A stretch of DNA of 40,356 nt from Ilumatobacteraceae bacterium. Its GTDB lineage: Bacteria; Actinomycetota; Acidimicrobiia; Acidimicrobiales; Ilumatobacteraceae. The DNA lies in contig CAXNIQ010000001.1 of the NCBI GenBank assembly GCA_964202465.1, forward strand, positions 1 to 40,356. The letters run 5' to 3'. The position numbers and the translations under genes are program-made. Positions 25,909-35,200 of this stretch are shown piece by piece. The notes below the pieces were generated by a model. It was not told where the DNA came from. It worked only from the letters and a program-made list of their open reading frames with translations, and did not search any database. How positions within the stretch are numbered: the stretch's first letter is position 1; each line of letters opens with the position of its first letter.

Positions 25909-28131
25909 TCACGAACCTGGTTTTTTGAGCGGTGCCCACGCGAGCGAGAGGTGCTTGGTTCCCACCAATCGAAAACGAATTGTCGCTTCGGCTTTTTCGC
26001 CAGCCCCACGAATCTCAATGATCACACCTTCACCAAAAGTTGGGTGCTCGATATCGTCACCAATGCGAAAGCCGTGATTGGCGTCTTGCTGCTGAGCGGT
26101 TGACGCAGGCGCGACATTGGTGTTATTGCGATTGAGCCGCTGCTGCGGTGCATAACCGCGATCGGCGTGCGAACGAAAGCTGTACCGCTCGGAGTCTGCG
26201 CCTGAATCAACGCTGCCTTCGCGTTGAATCAACTCGTCGGGAATCTCGCTCAAAAATCGGGATGGAGGGTTGTACTGCGTCGACCCATAGAGACTTCTGC
26301 TCCATGCATGACTGAGCACGAGTTGTTCTTTGGCGCGCGTGATGCCAACATACGCAAGTCTGCGCTCTTCTTCCAATTCGATTGGGTCATTGAGAGCTCG
26401 GTTGTGAGGAAAAATTCCTTCTTCCACTCCCACAATAAACACGACAGGAAACTCCAGTCCCTTTGCTGAATGCAGCGTCATGAGCGTGACGTGATTATCC
26501 GAATCCAACTGATCGGTGTCGGCAACGAGTGCGACCTGCTCCAGAAACTCGTCAACCTGGGTAAATTCGGCAGCCACACCAATCAGTTCGTTGATGTTCT
26601 CCTCGCGCCCCGCCGACTCGACGGTATTCTCAGCTTTGAGTTCGCCCATGTATCCACCAGCATTCAGCGCGTGGCGCAACACAGCACTTGGTCCATCAGC
26701 CAACAATGCCTGACACTCATCGATCAGTTGATTAAACGCAACTATGCCGCGCAATGCAGCGGCGCCCACGCCGGCTTCGGCGGCCTTGCGCAGCGCTAAT
26801 GCAAACGAGATGCCGCACTCATTGGCATACGCATCAAGTTTGCCAATAGTTGTGTCGCCAATGCCTCGCTTTGGCACATTGAGAATCCGTTTGAGGCTTA
26901 CTTCGTCAAGCGTGTTGTACGACAATCGCAAATACGCAAGTGCGTCTTTGACTTCGCGACGATCATAAAACTTTGTGCCGCCAATAACTTTGTAAGTCAC
27001 TCCTCGATGAATGAGTGACTCTTCAAGAACGCGACTTTGAGCATTGGTGCGATAAAAAATCGCAAAATCGCTCCATGGGCGATGCTCTGAATCGTGCACC
27101 TCCTTGAGCCGATTGACCACCCAGTTGGCTTCGCCAAACTCGTCATCGGCAAAATAGCGAATTACTTTTTCGCCTTGACCCAAGTCGGTCCACAGATCTT
27201 TGGGCTTGCGATCAATGTTGTTGGTGATAACCGCATTTGCTGCATCTAAAATCGTTTGGGTACTGCGATAGTTTTGCGCCAACACCACTGTCGTCACTTC
27301 TGGAAATGCATTTTCAAATTGCATGATGTTGCGAAAATCGGCTCCGCGAAAGCGATACACGCTCTGGTCGGTGTCGCCCACCACGCACACGTTGTGATGC
27401 AGCGCGCCAAGCATCAGCACGATCTCGTTTTGGGCCATGTTGGTGTCTTGGTATTCGTCAATCAAAATATGTTTGAAACGCTCTTGGTAGGTGCGCAGCA
27501 CCTCGGGGTGTTGACGAAACAGTCGAACCGTATTGGTCAACAAGTCATCAAAGTCCATTGCGCCGGCGCGCTCTAAACGCTTCTGATACTCGCGATAGAC
27601 ATCGACATATTTTGCATCAATTGAGTTGTCTACCAATGATGCGGCATCGTGTGGAATGACCAGCTCGTTCTTCCACAAACTGATGCGCGCTTGCACACCA
27701 CGAGGTGTAAAGCGCTTCGGATCAAGGCCGAGGTCTCTAATGCAGTACCCGACCAAGCGCGTTGAGTCGCTTTGATCATAAATTGAAAATGTTTTTGGAT
27801 AGCCAATGTGGTCTGCTTGTGCGCGCAGAATACGCACGCATGCGGCATGAAACGTGCTCACCCACATCTGCCTGGCCACTGGCCCAACAATTGCTGCAAC
27901 TCGCTCGCGCATTTCTTGCGATGCCTTGTTGGTAAACGTAATCGCCAAAATATTCATTGGATGTGTACCCGTTGCAATCAAATGCCCAATGCGTTGCGTC
28001 AGTACGCGAGTTTTACCCGAGCCTGCACCGGCAACAACAAGCAATGGTCCACTCGGGTGCAGCACCGCATCGCGCTGATCGGGGTTTAGCCCGTCCAAAT
28101 CGATGGAGTGTGGGGGTTGAGAATTCGTCAC
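25909..28131 (-). CDS. pcrA: ATP-dependent DNA helicase PcrA/UvrD1
   Basis: 740 aa with a GTG start. Motifs: LNPDQRDAV, Walker A VVAGAGSGKTRVLTQRI, motif II ILIDEYQDTN, TLHSAKGLEFPVVFIVG, YVGITRAKE, and a C-terminal GDDIEHPTFGEGVIIEI domain. Confidence 0.95.
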   Translation of the reverse strand: MTNSQPPHSIDLDGLNPDQRDAVLHPSGPLLVVAGAGSGKTRVLTQRIGHLIATGTHPMNILAITFTNKASQEMRERVAAIVGPVARQMWVSTFHAACVRILRAQADHIGYPKTFSIYDQSDSTRLVGYCIRDLGLDPKRFTPRGVQARISLWKNELVIPHDAASLVDNSIDAKYVDVYREYQKRLERAGAMDFDDLLTNTVRLFRQHPEVLRTYQERFKHILIDEYQDTNMAQNEIVLMLGALHHNVCVVGDTDQSVYRFRGADFRNIMQFENAFPEVTTVVLAQNYRSTQTILDAANAVITNNIDRKPKDLWTDLGQGEKVIRYFADDEFGEANWVVNRLKEVHDSEHRPWSDFAIFYRTNAQSRVLEESLIHRGVTYKVIGGTKFYDRREVKDALAYLRLSYNTLDEVSLKRILNVPKRGIGDTTIGKLDAYANECGISFALALRKAAEAGVGAAALRGIVAFNQLIDECQALLADGPSAVLRHALNAGGYMGELKAENTVESAGREENINELIGVAAEFTQVDEFLEQVALVADTDQLDSDNHVTLMTLHSAKGLEFPVVFIVGVEEGIFPHNRALNDPIELEEERRLAYVGITRAKEQLVLSHAWSRSLYGSTQYNPPSRFLSEIPDELIQREGSVDSGADSERYSFRSHADRGYAPQQRLNRNNTNVAPASTAQQQDANHGFRIGDDIEHPTFGEGVIIEIRGAGEKAEATIRFRLVGTKHLSLAWAPLKKPGS

Positions 28132-28134
28132 TGA

Positions 28135-29352
28135 CTACGAGCGTTGCACAATACGCACCGGCAACTTACGTGGGCCGCGCACTTGGCCAAGACTCCACGT
28201 CACTGCCTCGGCATCCTGCAGTTCAAACTTGGGGAATCGAGCAATGAATACTTCAACAGCAATCCGCAATTCGAGTCGCGCAAGATTGGACCCAAGGCAA
28301 CGATGAATGCCGAGTCCAAACGCAAGGTGGCGGTTTTCTTCGCGATCGATCACTACTTCGTTCGCACGGTCAAACACTTGTGGGTCGCGATTGGCAGCCG
28401 GAAACGGCAACAACACAGAATCACCGCGCTTGACTGGGCATCCACCAATGGTTGCGTCTTGACTCACGATACGAGCCATGGTCACAGGTGCGTATGCACG
28501 CAACAATTCTTCGATTGCGGTTGGAAGAATCTCTGGTTCGTTGACCATGCGCGCCAAATCAGATGGGTACTGCGCGAGGTGCCAAAGAGATGAACCAATG
28601 GCACTCCATGTCGTGTCGATGCCAGCAACCATCAACAAGATGATGGTGCCAACAACGTGTGCCGGCGACAAGGGCTGATCATAAATTTTGGCGTTGAGCA
28701 AAAATCCGATCAGATCGTCTTTCGGATTCTCGATGTGATCTTGAACATGCTGTGCCAAATATGCATCAAGCTTTTCAAAACCTTGCTGACGCTCGCCAAA
28801 TGGTGCGCCAACGCCCTCGAGCACCAAGTGCACGGTGTCGCGAAAGTAGTCGCTGTCTTCGATAGGCAATCCGAGCATGCGCGCAATCACATACACAGGA
28901 ATGTTTTGTGCATACTGCGTCGCAGCATCAACAGTCGAGACATCACCCATGTTGTCAATCAGTTCATTGCACAATCGTCGAATCTCGGGCTCCCATTCGC
29001 TGATCACTTGTGGGCTAAAAGCCGGCAACAACAAACGCCTCGCATCGGCGTGAAACGGCGGGTCGGAAGTAATCGGAGGTGCACCACCAATGGGCGCATG
29101 AGAAATCCATTCGTCCATCGGCGGCTTATTGGAGAGCACTGCACCTTCGGATGAAAAATGATCGGTGTCGCGAGCAACTGCCGACACATCAACGTGTCGC
29201 ACTGGCAACCACGCCCCTCCATATCGATCGGTGTGTGCAACAGGGCAGGTTTCGCGCAACTCATCCCAAATCTCATGAGCATTGGCGTTATACGCCGGGT
29301 CGGCATGGTCAAAATCGGTTGTCCAACTTGTGGCAGGTTTGACTTCGTACAT
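28135..29352 (-). CDS. Cytochrome P450
   Basis: 405 aa. I-helix MVAGIDTTWSAIG, K-helix EELLR, and heme-Cys loop FGLGIHRCLGSNLA. Confidence 0.92.
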   Translation of the reverse strand: MYEVKPATSWTTDFDHADPAYNANAHEIWDELRETCPVAHTDRYGGAWLPVRHVDVSAVARDTDHFSSEGAVLSNKPPMDEWISHAPIGGAPPITSDPPFHADARRLLLPAFSPQVISEWEPEIRRLCNELIDNMGDVSTVDAATQYAQNIPVYVIARMLGLPIEDSDYFRDTVHLVLEGVGAPFGERQQGFEKLDAYLAQHVQDHIENPKDDLIGFLLNAKIYDQPLSPAHVVGTIILLMVAGIDTTWSAIGSSLWHLAQYPSDLARMVNEPEILPTAIEELLRAYAPVTMARIVSQDATIGGCPVKRGDSVLLPFPAANRDPQVFDRANEVVIDREENRHLAFGLGIHRCLGSNLARLELRIAVEVFIARFPKFELQDAEAVTWSLGQVRGPRKLPVRIVQRS

Positions 29353-29391
29353 AACACAACTTTACTTGGGGGTGCGCCATACTTTCGTGTT

Positions 29392-30126
29392 GTGGCATTG
29401 CTATTTATTCTGCTCCCGCCTTCTGAAGGAAAAGCCGAGGGCGGAGCGACCAAGAAACCATGGCGTGATGCCTCGGGCGCATTTGGAAAAACTTTTGCCA
29501 CACAAAGAAAGCAACTTGTTGATCGCCTCGCAACGCTCAAGGGTGGTGATGCCGATCTCCTTGGAGTCAAGGGCAAGCACCTAGACAGAGCACGCCAAGC
29601 CAATGTGTCGTTACAAGGATCACCATCTCTTCCCGCCTTCGAGCGGTACACGGGCGTCGTTTGGGATCACCTCGATATTGCAACCCTGACAACTCTGCAA
29701 CGTCAGCGAGCACTGAGCAGCATCGTCGTGATCTCTGGTCTTCTTGGCGCGGTGAGCGCCGATGACCCCGTGCCCGATTACCGACTCAAGATGGGTGCCA
29801 GGCTTCCACCATTCGGACTGCTCTCGCGATGGTGGCACAGTGAACTTTCGGCGGCTCTCAACAAAAAATTCAAGGGAGCAGTTGTTATCGATTTGCTGCC
29901 CCAAGAACATCGCGCATCTTTCACCCTCGACACCGACATTGTGGCAAAGCATTTCGTTGTAGCGATCAACGAAAAATCTGGCAAGGCTGGCGGACACGAC
30001 GCCAAAGCCGCAAAAGGTCGATTGGCCCGACACATTGTTCAGACATGCACTTCGCCATCTCAAGCAGCAAAGTCGCTAGAGAGTTTTCGCGATCCGCGAT
30101 TTGTTATTACGAGTGATTTGGTATGA
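29392..30126 (+). CDS. yaaA: YaaA-family (UPF0246/DUF328, peroxide-stress) protein
   Basis: ORF 29158..30126 overlaps the P450 gene at its 5' end. I trimmed it to the in-frame GTG at 29392 because VALLFILLPPSEGKA aligns with the usual YaaA N-terminus (MLILLSPAK...). It also carries LPAFERYTGVVWDHLD and DYRLKMG. Confidence 0.7.
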   Translation: MALLFILLPPSEGKAEGGATKKPWRDASGAFGKTFATQRKQLVDRLATLKGGDADLLGVKGKHLDRARQANVSLQGSPSLPAFERYTGVVWDHLDIATLTTLQRQRALSSIVVISGLLGAVSADDPVPDYRLKMGARLPPFGLLSRWWHSELSAALNKKFKGAVVIDLLPQEHRASFTLDTDIVAKHFVVAINEKSGKAGGHDAKAAKGRLARHIVQTCTSPSQAAKSLESFRDPRFVITSDLV

Positions 30127-30871
30127 GTTTTTGTTGTAAAAATTCGATCACGCGAACAACACCAGACTCTTGTACCTGCTCAGTCAATACAGAGTGATCA
30201 CTCTTAGTAGAAGACTCAAACTCAACGGCAATAAATGCATCGCCAAGCAATTTTTGCAGCGACGCAAATCGCGTTCCGACAAGTTTGTCGCCAGTAAAAC
30301 GCAGTCCGAGTACCTGGCATCCCGCTTCTGCGCGTTGCTTGATGATGATCTCATCATCAAGACTTAAACCCAAGTCGGCGCTGCGAGCAGCACCCATCGC
30401 CATCGGCGATGAAGGCTGCGACAACACGGGCGCAACCATGATGTCATCGACCATCATCCCCAAGGCAAATCCGCCACTAAAACACATGCCAATTGCACCG
30501 ACACCAACGCCACCCACGTCGTTATGCAGTTGCTTTGCCAATGCACGCAGCCAATTGACAACTGGTGATTTGCGACGCATCGCCAGAGTGGTGAACTCTC
30601 GAGAGACACAAACCTTACTCATCGACTTGGCCATGTATTTACCGCTTGGTCCTCGACCGACTTCACCAACTAACAACGGCATGACGACAGTAAACCCTGC
30701 GTCAACCACGCGCTCGGCAAACGCAATAACGCTCGGCGTAATACCTGGTATCTCGTGCACCACAACAACACCTGGGCCAGTGCCTTTGCGATACGTGGCA
30801 TGCGTAATGCCAGCCGAAGTAAATGAACTACCTAGCCATCCTGGGGGCGCGAGCGCAATATTTTTCTTCAT
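30107..30871 (-). CDS. Dienelactone hydrolase family protein
   Basis: ORF 30107..30910, trimmed to the ATG at 30871 so that it does not overlap the upstream P60 gene. It has GVVVVHEIPG and a Cys nucleophile elbow, IGMCFSGGF. Confidence 0.75.
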   Translation of the reverse strand: MKKNIALAPPGWLGSSFTSAGITHATYRKGTGPGVVVVHEIPGITPSVIAFAERVVDAGFTVVMPLLVGEVGRGPSGKYMAKSMSKVCVSREFTTLAMRRKSPVVNWLRALAKQLHNDVGGVGVGAIGMCFSGGFALGMMVDDIMVAPVLSQPSSPMAMGAARSADLGLSLDDEIIIKQRAEAGCQVLGLRFTGDKLVGTRFASLQKLLGDAFIAVEFESSTKSDHSVLTEQVQESGVVRVIEFLQQKLIPNHS

Positions 30872-30873
30872 AC

Positions 30874-31977
30874 CTACTTTGGCCTCACAACGCCAACAAC
30901 TTTTGACCACGATACTGCAGAAATTTTTACGACATCACCCGTGCGCGGTGCATGTACATACTGGCCGTTACCTAGATAAATGCCAACGTGATGAATTGGG
31001 TAGCCCTGAAAAATCAAATCGCCTGGCTGAATTGCGGCAGTCGGAATACGCGGGAGACCTGCATATTGCGTTCGCGATGTGCGGGGAATACCCACGCCTG
31101 CCACTTCCCATGCCCACGAGGTTAAGCCAGAGCAGTCAAACGCACTGCCGGGAGACTTTGCCCCCCATCGATAGCGCACCCCAAGTTGCGAGAGCGCAGC
31201 CTTAATTACAACCCCGGTTCGCGACGACGGTGCAGCAATGTTTGCGTACTTGGTTCCGGCAAATTTCGCTGCTTGCGATTTTGCGTCATCGAGTGCCGCC
31301 GTTTCTCGACGCTGACGTTCCGACCTAATTAACGATCCAAGTTCGCGCTCTGCTGCAGCCTGACGTGCTTCGTAGTCAGAGGCAAGTGCTTCGGCAGCGC
31401 TCAAACGTGCCGCGGCATAGTCGGCAAGATTGCTCGCTTTCTTTTGCTGCTTTTCAAGCTTCGCCTTCTCTTTAATCAGGTCATCAATGAGGCCTTGCAA
31501 CGCGTCGGTGTTACCAGCACCCGTGTTGAGCGCCACCGAGGTGAGATATTTCTTGCGCACCATGTCACTCAGTGAATTGGTCGAACTCAAGATGCTCGAC
31601 AAACTGTTCGACATGCCGCCGCGCACAAACGACTTCATCGCGACACCCTTTAAATCTTCTTGCATCGCGGCAAGTTTCGCTTCGAGCTCTGCAATCTTGA
31701 CAATCGTTGCATCAATCTCTACTTGCAAGTCCTCTTGCTGGTTCACTGCCTCGGCATACAGTTCGTCAAGTGCGTCGATCTGATTACCGATTTTGTCCAG
31801 CTCGGAAATGATTTGGTTGACTCGTTGTTGCTGGTCGCCCGACGACCCAGTTGCGGGGCGCATACCAAGCGCCTGAGCGGGCACAACGATGTATCCCACA
31901 GCCACCGAGGTGGTGAGGATAATGGCGGCCATCCGCGGCACACACCGGCGTACACGCCCAATGGCGTTACGAATCAT
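30874..31977 (-). CDS. NlpC/P60 (C40) peptidoglycan endopeptidase with an N-terminal coiled coil (RipA-like)
   Basis: 367 aa. It has a signal-like N-terminus and a long coiled-coil region. The C-terminal domain carries GVRYRWGAKSPGSAFDCSGLTSWAW and GDLIF...IHHVGIYLG. Confidence 0.85.
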   Translation of the reverse strand: MIRNAIGRVRRCVPRMAAIILTTSVAVGYIVVPAQALGMRPATGSSGDQQQRVNQIISELDKIGNQIDALDELYAEAVNQQEDLQVEIDATIVKIAELEAKLAAMQEDLKGVAMKSFVRGGMSNSLSSILSSTNSLSDMVRKKYLTSVALNTGAGNTDALQGLIDDLIKEKAKLEKQQKKASNLADYAAARLSAAEALASDYEARQAAAERELGSLIRSERQRRETAALDDAKSQAAKFAGTKYANIAAPSSRTGVVIKAALSQLGVRYRWGAKSPGSAFDCSGLTSWAWEVAGVGIPRTSRTQYAGLPRIPTAAIQPGDLIFQGYPIHHVGIYLGNGQYVHAPRTGDVVKISAVSWSKVVGVVRPK

Positions 31978-32061
31978 GATCCCGACAGTCTACCGATTAT
32001 TACAGTTTGATGTCAGATTTTGCCACGGCCCATATAGTTGCCCAAATAGGGGTTTGGTGGC

Positions 32062-33627
32062 TCATTCCCACTCAATCGTGCCTGGTGGCTTAGATGTCAC
32101 ATCATAAACAACACGGTTAATGCCCGCTACTTCGTTAATTATTCGCGACGACATTTTTTCCAACAAGTCATAAGGGAGCCGGGCCCAGTCGGCCGTCATC
32201 GCATCATCACTTGTTACAGCACGAATAATGATTGGTCGACCGTATGTTCGTTCGTCGCCCATCACTCCGACCGAACGAATGTCGGCAAGCACAGCAAACG
32301 CCTGCCAAATTTCGCGTTCGAGACCAGCCAAGCGAACTTCTTCTCGCACAATGAAATCGGCTTCTTGCAAAATTGCAACTTTGTCTGGAGTCACTTCGCC
32401 AATGATGCGCACACCAAGACCAGGGCCAGGAAATGGTTGGCGCCACACAATTTCATCTGGCAAGCCAAGCTCGGTACCTACCTTGCGTACTTCGTCTTTA
32501 AACAATGTGCGCAGTGGCTCGCACAACTCCAATGTCATGTCGTCGGGCAAGCCGCCCACATTGTGATGACTCTTAATCACACTCGCAGTTCCGTCCACAC
32601 CACCACTCTCGATCACATCCGGATACAGCGTTCCTTGCACTAAAAACTTGGCGTCGGTGAGCCCACCCGTGTGCTCTTCGAAAATGCGCACAAAAAGTTC
32701 GCCAATCACTTTGCGTTTTGCTTCTGGCTCGGTGACGCCCTGTAACTTTTCAAAAAACCGCGCGCCCGCATCCACATGAATCAACTCGATTCCCATGTGC
32801 CGATGAAACGTCTCGACAACTTGCACGCTCTCGTTTTTGCGCATCAAACCGATGTCTACATATATGCACGTCAGTTGCTTGCCAATTGCTTTGTGCACCA
32901 GCGCTGCAGCAACGGCCGAGTCGACTCCGCCCGACAATCCACAGATCACTCGCTCGCTGCCCACCTGGGCGCGAATTGCAGCAACTTGGTCCACGACGAT
33001 TGATGACATCGTCCAGTCGCGTTTGGCGCCTACGAGGCGATGCAAAAATTGTTCGATGATTGACTGGCCATGCTCGGTGTGCGCAACCTCGGGGTGATAC
33101 TGCACCCCCCAAATTTTCCGAGAAGGGCTTTCAATTACGGCCATCGGCGCATCGGGCGTACTCGCCGTTGCCACAAAACCACTTGGCAATTCCGACACTG
33201 CATCGAAATGACTCATCCAAACACTGCATTGCGCAGGAATGCCATCGTGTAGCAGTTGCGACGATGCCCCAGCAATGCGTTGCACAACAGTACGGCCGTA
33301 TTCGCCCCTGCCGCCCCTCGAGACTTTTCCGCCGAGTTGCTCGGCAATCAGTTGTGCGCCATAGCAAATACCCAAAATCGGAATACTGAGTTCGTAAATC
33401 TGTGGATCGAGCACAGGCGCGCCCTCCACATGCACGCTGGCTGGGCCGCCCGACAAAATGATCGCTATCGGCTGACGTTGAGCCACCTCTTGTGCAGTGA
33501 TCTTGTGCGGAACAATCTCTGAATAGACCTGTGCCTCGCGCACCCGGCGGGCAATCAACTGCGCGTATTGGGCGCCAAAGTCAACAACCAATACCACTTG
33601 CTGGTCGTGAGCGGGTTGATTTGCCAT
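32062..33627 (-). CDS. guaA: GMP synthase (glutamine-hydrolysing)
   Basis: ORF 32062..33705, trimmed to the ATG at 33627 ([31 protein letters not shown]). It has GICYGAQL (GATase), the PP-loop [14 protein letters not shown], and a C-terminal KPPGTIEWE. Confidence 0.95.
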   Translation of the reverse strand: MANQPAHDQQVVLVVDFGAQYAQLIARRVREAQVYSEIVPHKITAQEVAQRQPIAIILSGGPASVHVEGAPVLDPQIYELSIPILGICYGAQLIAEQLGGKVSRGGRGEYGRTVVQRIAGASSQLLHDGIPAQCSVWMSHFDAVSELPSGFVATASTPDAPMAVIESPSRKIWGVQYHPEVAHTEHGQSIIEQFLHRLVGAKRDWTMSSIVVDQVAAIRAQVGSERVICGLSGGVDSAVAAALVHKAIGKQLTCIYVDIGLMRKNESVQVVETFHRHMGIELIHVDAGARFFEKLQGVTEPEAKRKVIGELFVRIFEEHTGGLTDAKFLVQGTLYPDVIESGGVDGTASVIKSHHNVGGLPDDMTLELCEPLRTLFKDEVRKVGTELGLPDEIVWRQPFPGPGLGVRIIGEVTPDKVAILQEADFIVREEVRLAGLEREIWQAFAVLADIRSVGVMGDERTYGRPIIIRAVTSDDAMTADWARLPYDLLEKMSSRIINEVAGINRVVYDVTSKPPGTIEWE

Positions 33628-33849
33628 AGTGACCAATGACTGTAGTTGAACAGTGGTATTTAGGCTCAAGAGATGGAACGATGGGGTTGCATGCAATTCA
33701 ATCAAACAACTCGTGTTGTATTCCCCGCAACTCTCTCTGACACACTGCCGGACCCATATGGAGGTCGCAACGCCAGCGACTGCATTGGGCTCTACCCAAA
33801 ACCAGGGTGCGGAAGTGAGCCTGTCTTGTCCGGCGATCGCGGCGGCTCA

Positions 33850-33969
33850 ATGCAGTACGCCACATTCGGCATCATGATCGCTGCACTCGTCGTGATCGGC
33901 GTGCGAATTTCGCGCAGCATCACCAAGCGTGACCGTGCACGCGACGAAGCTCTGGGGCTCAACGACTAG
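33850..33969 (+). CDS. Possible 39-aa single-TM small protein upstream of the EamA gene
   Basis: This is the inner ATG of ORF 33673..33969. It encodes MQYATFGIMIAALVVIGVRISRSITKRDRARDEALGLND, a transmembrane helix plus a basic tail. Its stop lies 9 nt before the EamA GTG. The RBS is weak and I recognise no homology. Confidence 0.3.
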   Translation: MQYATFGIMIAALVVIGVRISRSITKRDRARDEALGLND

Positions 33970-33978
33970 TTTTGCTCT

Positions 33979-34914
33979 GTGCCAGCAAGCCAAAGCGTAT
34001 TAAAAAACCAAGGCTTGCTTGGAATAGTGCTCGGGTTAATCAGTTCATCGCTTTACGGCATCACACCAATTTTCGTTTATCACGCGTTTGATCATGGAGC
34101 CGACCCCTTTGGTTTGATGACCTCGCGTTACATCATTGCAACCATCGTGCTTTTTGCAATTCGCACTGTGCGCTTTGGCAATACCAAATGGCCGACACCA
34201 AAAACTTCAATCCAACTTTTTCTGCTCGGCGCAATTGGTTTGTATGCCAACAGCGTGTGCATGTTTAATGCGCTCAAATATTTGCCGAGCGGTTTGTCGA
34301 TGGTGATCTTTTATTTCTATCCAATTGTTGTCGTGTTGTTTGGCTGGGCGCTCTACAAGCACAAACCGCCAACCATTATTTGGCCGTGCCTTGCAACAAC
34401 AATCATTGGCGTCATTCTCAGTGCGAGCGATGTTTCGGGTGGTCAAATGAAAGGCGTCGTCTTTATTGTTGTTGGTGCATTTGCTTACGCGTTTTATTCG
34501 GTGCTCGCTGGTGCGGTCATGCCACGAGCCGAGCTCACCACCGGCTTGATGCTCGTGTTTGCAGGCGCAGGGTTTTCGTTTTCGGCTATTTGGCTACTCA
34601 ATCCACCAGGGCTACCAACCACCATGCCCTATGTTGCCGACGTTTGGCTGCCAGCCCTCGAGATTGGGCTTGTGGGCACAATCGGTGCGATGGGCATTTT
34701 CTTTGCGGGAATGAATCGCATTGGAGCGAGCAAAAGCGCAGTGATTCAAACGTGGGAAGTATTGGTCGCAGGTCTCACCGGCATGTTTTTCCTCAATCAA
34801 CAATTCACCTTCCGCCAAGTACTTGGAGGAGCATTGATTTTGGGCGGCGTTCTACTGCTCACTCGCGCCGAGATCAAACGGGGCGAGGTTTTACCCCAAT
34901 CCGCACACGCCTAA
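33979..34914 (+). CDS. DMT-superfamily (EamA-type) transporter
   Basis: 311 aa with a GTG start, about 10 transmembrane segments and a two-fold EamA-like repeat architecture. Confidence 0.8.
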   Translation: MPASQSVLKNQGLLGIVLGLISSSLYGITPIFVYHAFDHGADPFGLMTSRYIIATIVLFAIRTVRFGNTKWPTPKTSIQLFLLGAIGLYANSVCMFNALKYLPSGLSMVIFYFYPIVVVLFGWALYKHKPPTIIWPCLATTIIGVILSASDVSGGQMKGVVFIVVGAFAYAFYSVLAGAVMPRAELTTGLMLVFAGAGFSFSAIWLLNPPGLPTTMPYVADVWLPALEIGLVGTIGAMGIFFAGMNRIGASKSAVIQTWEVLVAGLTGMFFLNQQFTFRQVLGGALILGGVLLLTRAEIKRGEVLPQSAHA

Positions 34915-34959
34915 CGGCACTCCAACCCCTTAGCCTTGTGAGTACATAGCAATTTGAGT

Positions 34960-35085
34960 ATTTCTTGCAGGGTTGGGTGAAATCCCCTACCGGCGGTGAA
35001 AGCCCGCGAACCTCACGAGCAATCGTGGGGTTGATCTGGTGAAATTCCAGGGCCGACGGTCAGAGTCCGGATGGGAGCAAGAACA
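34960..35085 (+). ncRNA. FMN riboswitch (RFN element) aptamer
   Basis: The sequence tcttgCAGGGttGGGTGAAATCCCctACCGGCGGTgaAAGCCCGCGAacc...GGGTTGATCTGGTGAAATTCCAGGGCCGACGGTCAGAGTCCGGATGGGAGcaaga matches the conserved RFN core almost position for position. P1 is tcttgc (34963-34968) / gcaaga (35077-35082). It lies about 120 nt upstream of ribD. Confidence 0.95.
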
Positions 35086-35200
35086 GCTGAGTTGTGCATG
35101 CGCTCTTTGTGCTTGCCCTGCTTTCGTTGTCTTTGCCTGCGTCCTGCATGAGGTGCGCGAGGCGAACTAGGCAAACAACACAACGAGAGAAGCTACGAAC

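Noticed and set aside
29004-29651. 215-aa minus-strand ORF
   Set aside because: It spans the P450 N-terminal region, the intergenic gap and the yaaA 5' end in wrong frames. The competing frames have strong family signatures.
30285-31205. 306-aa plus-strand ORF
   Set aside because: It runs antisense across two well-supported minus-strand genes (dienelactone hydrolase and the NlpC/P60 3' end). Its translation is low-complexity and Pro/Thr/Ser/Arg-rich. This is the typical antisense open frame of a GC-biased genome.
31978-32061. Possible c-di-AMP (ydaO) riboswitch upstream of the NlpC/P60 gene, as seen before actinobacterial cell-wall hydrolase genes
   Set aside because: Only 84 nt are available (about 129 nt with a later start). 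I could not find the conserved ydaO sequence blocks on the minus strand.
33628-33850. Purine, ZTP or guanidine riboswitch in the guaA/EamA intergenic region
   Set aside because: A three-stem topology is present. However, the junctions do not match the purine riboswitch (no UAUAAU or GUUUCUAC junction strands). There is no CCGCCUGGGC-type ZTP element. The one hairpin loop reads ACGC rather than the ACGR pair required for guanidine-II. It is kept only as an unclassified structure candidate.
34380-34949. 189-aa plus-strand ORF
   Set aside because: It is an alternative frame inside the EamA transporter gene. The product is Arg/Cys-rich nonsense-like sequence.
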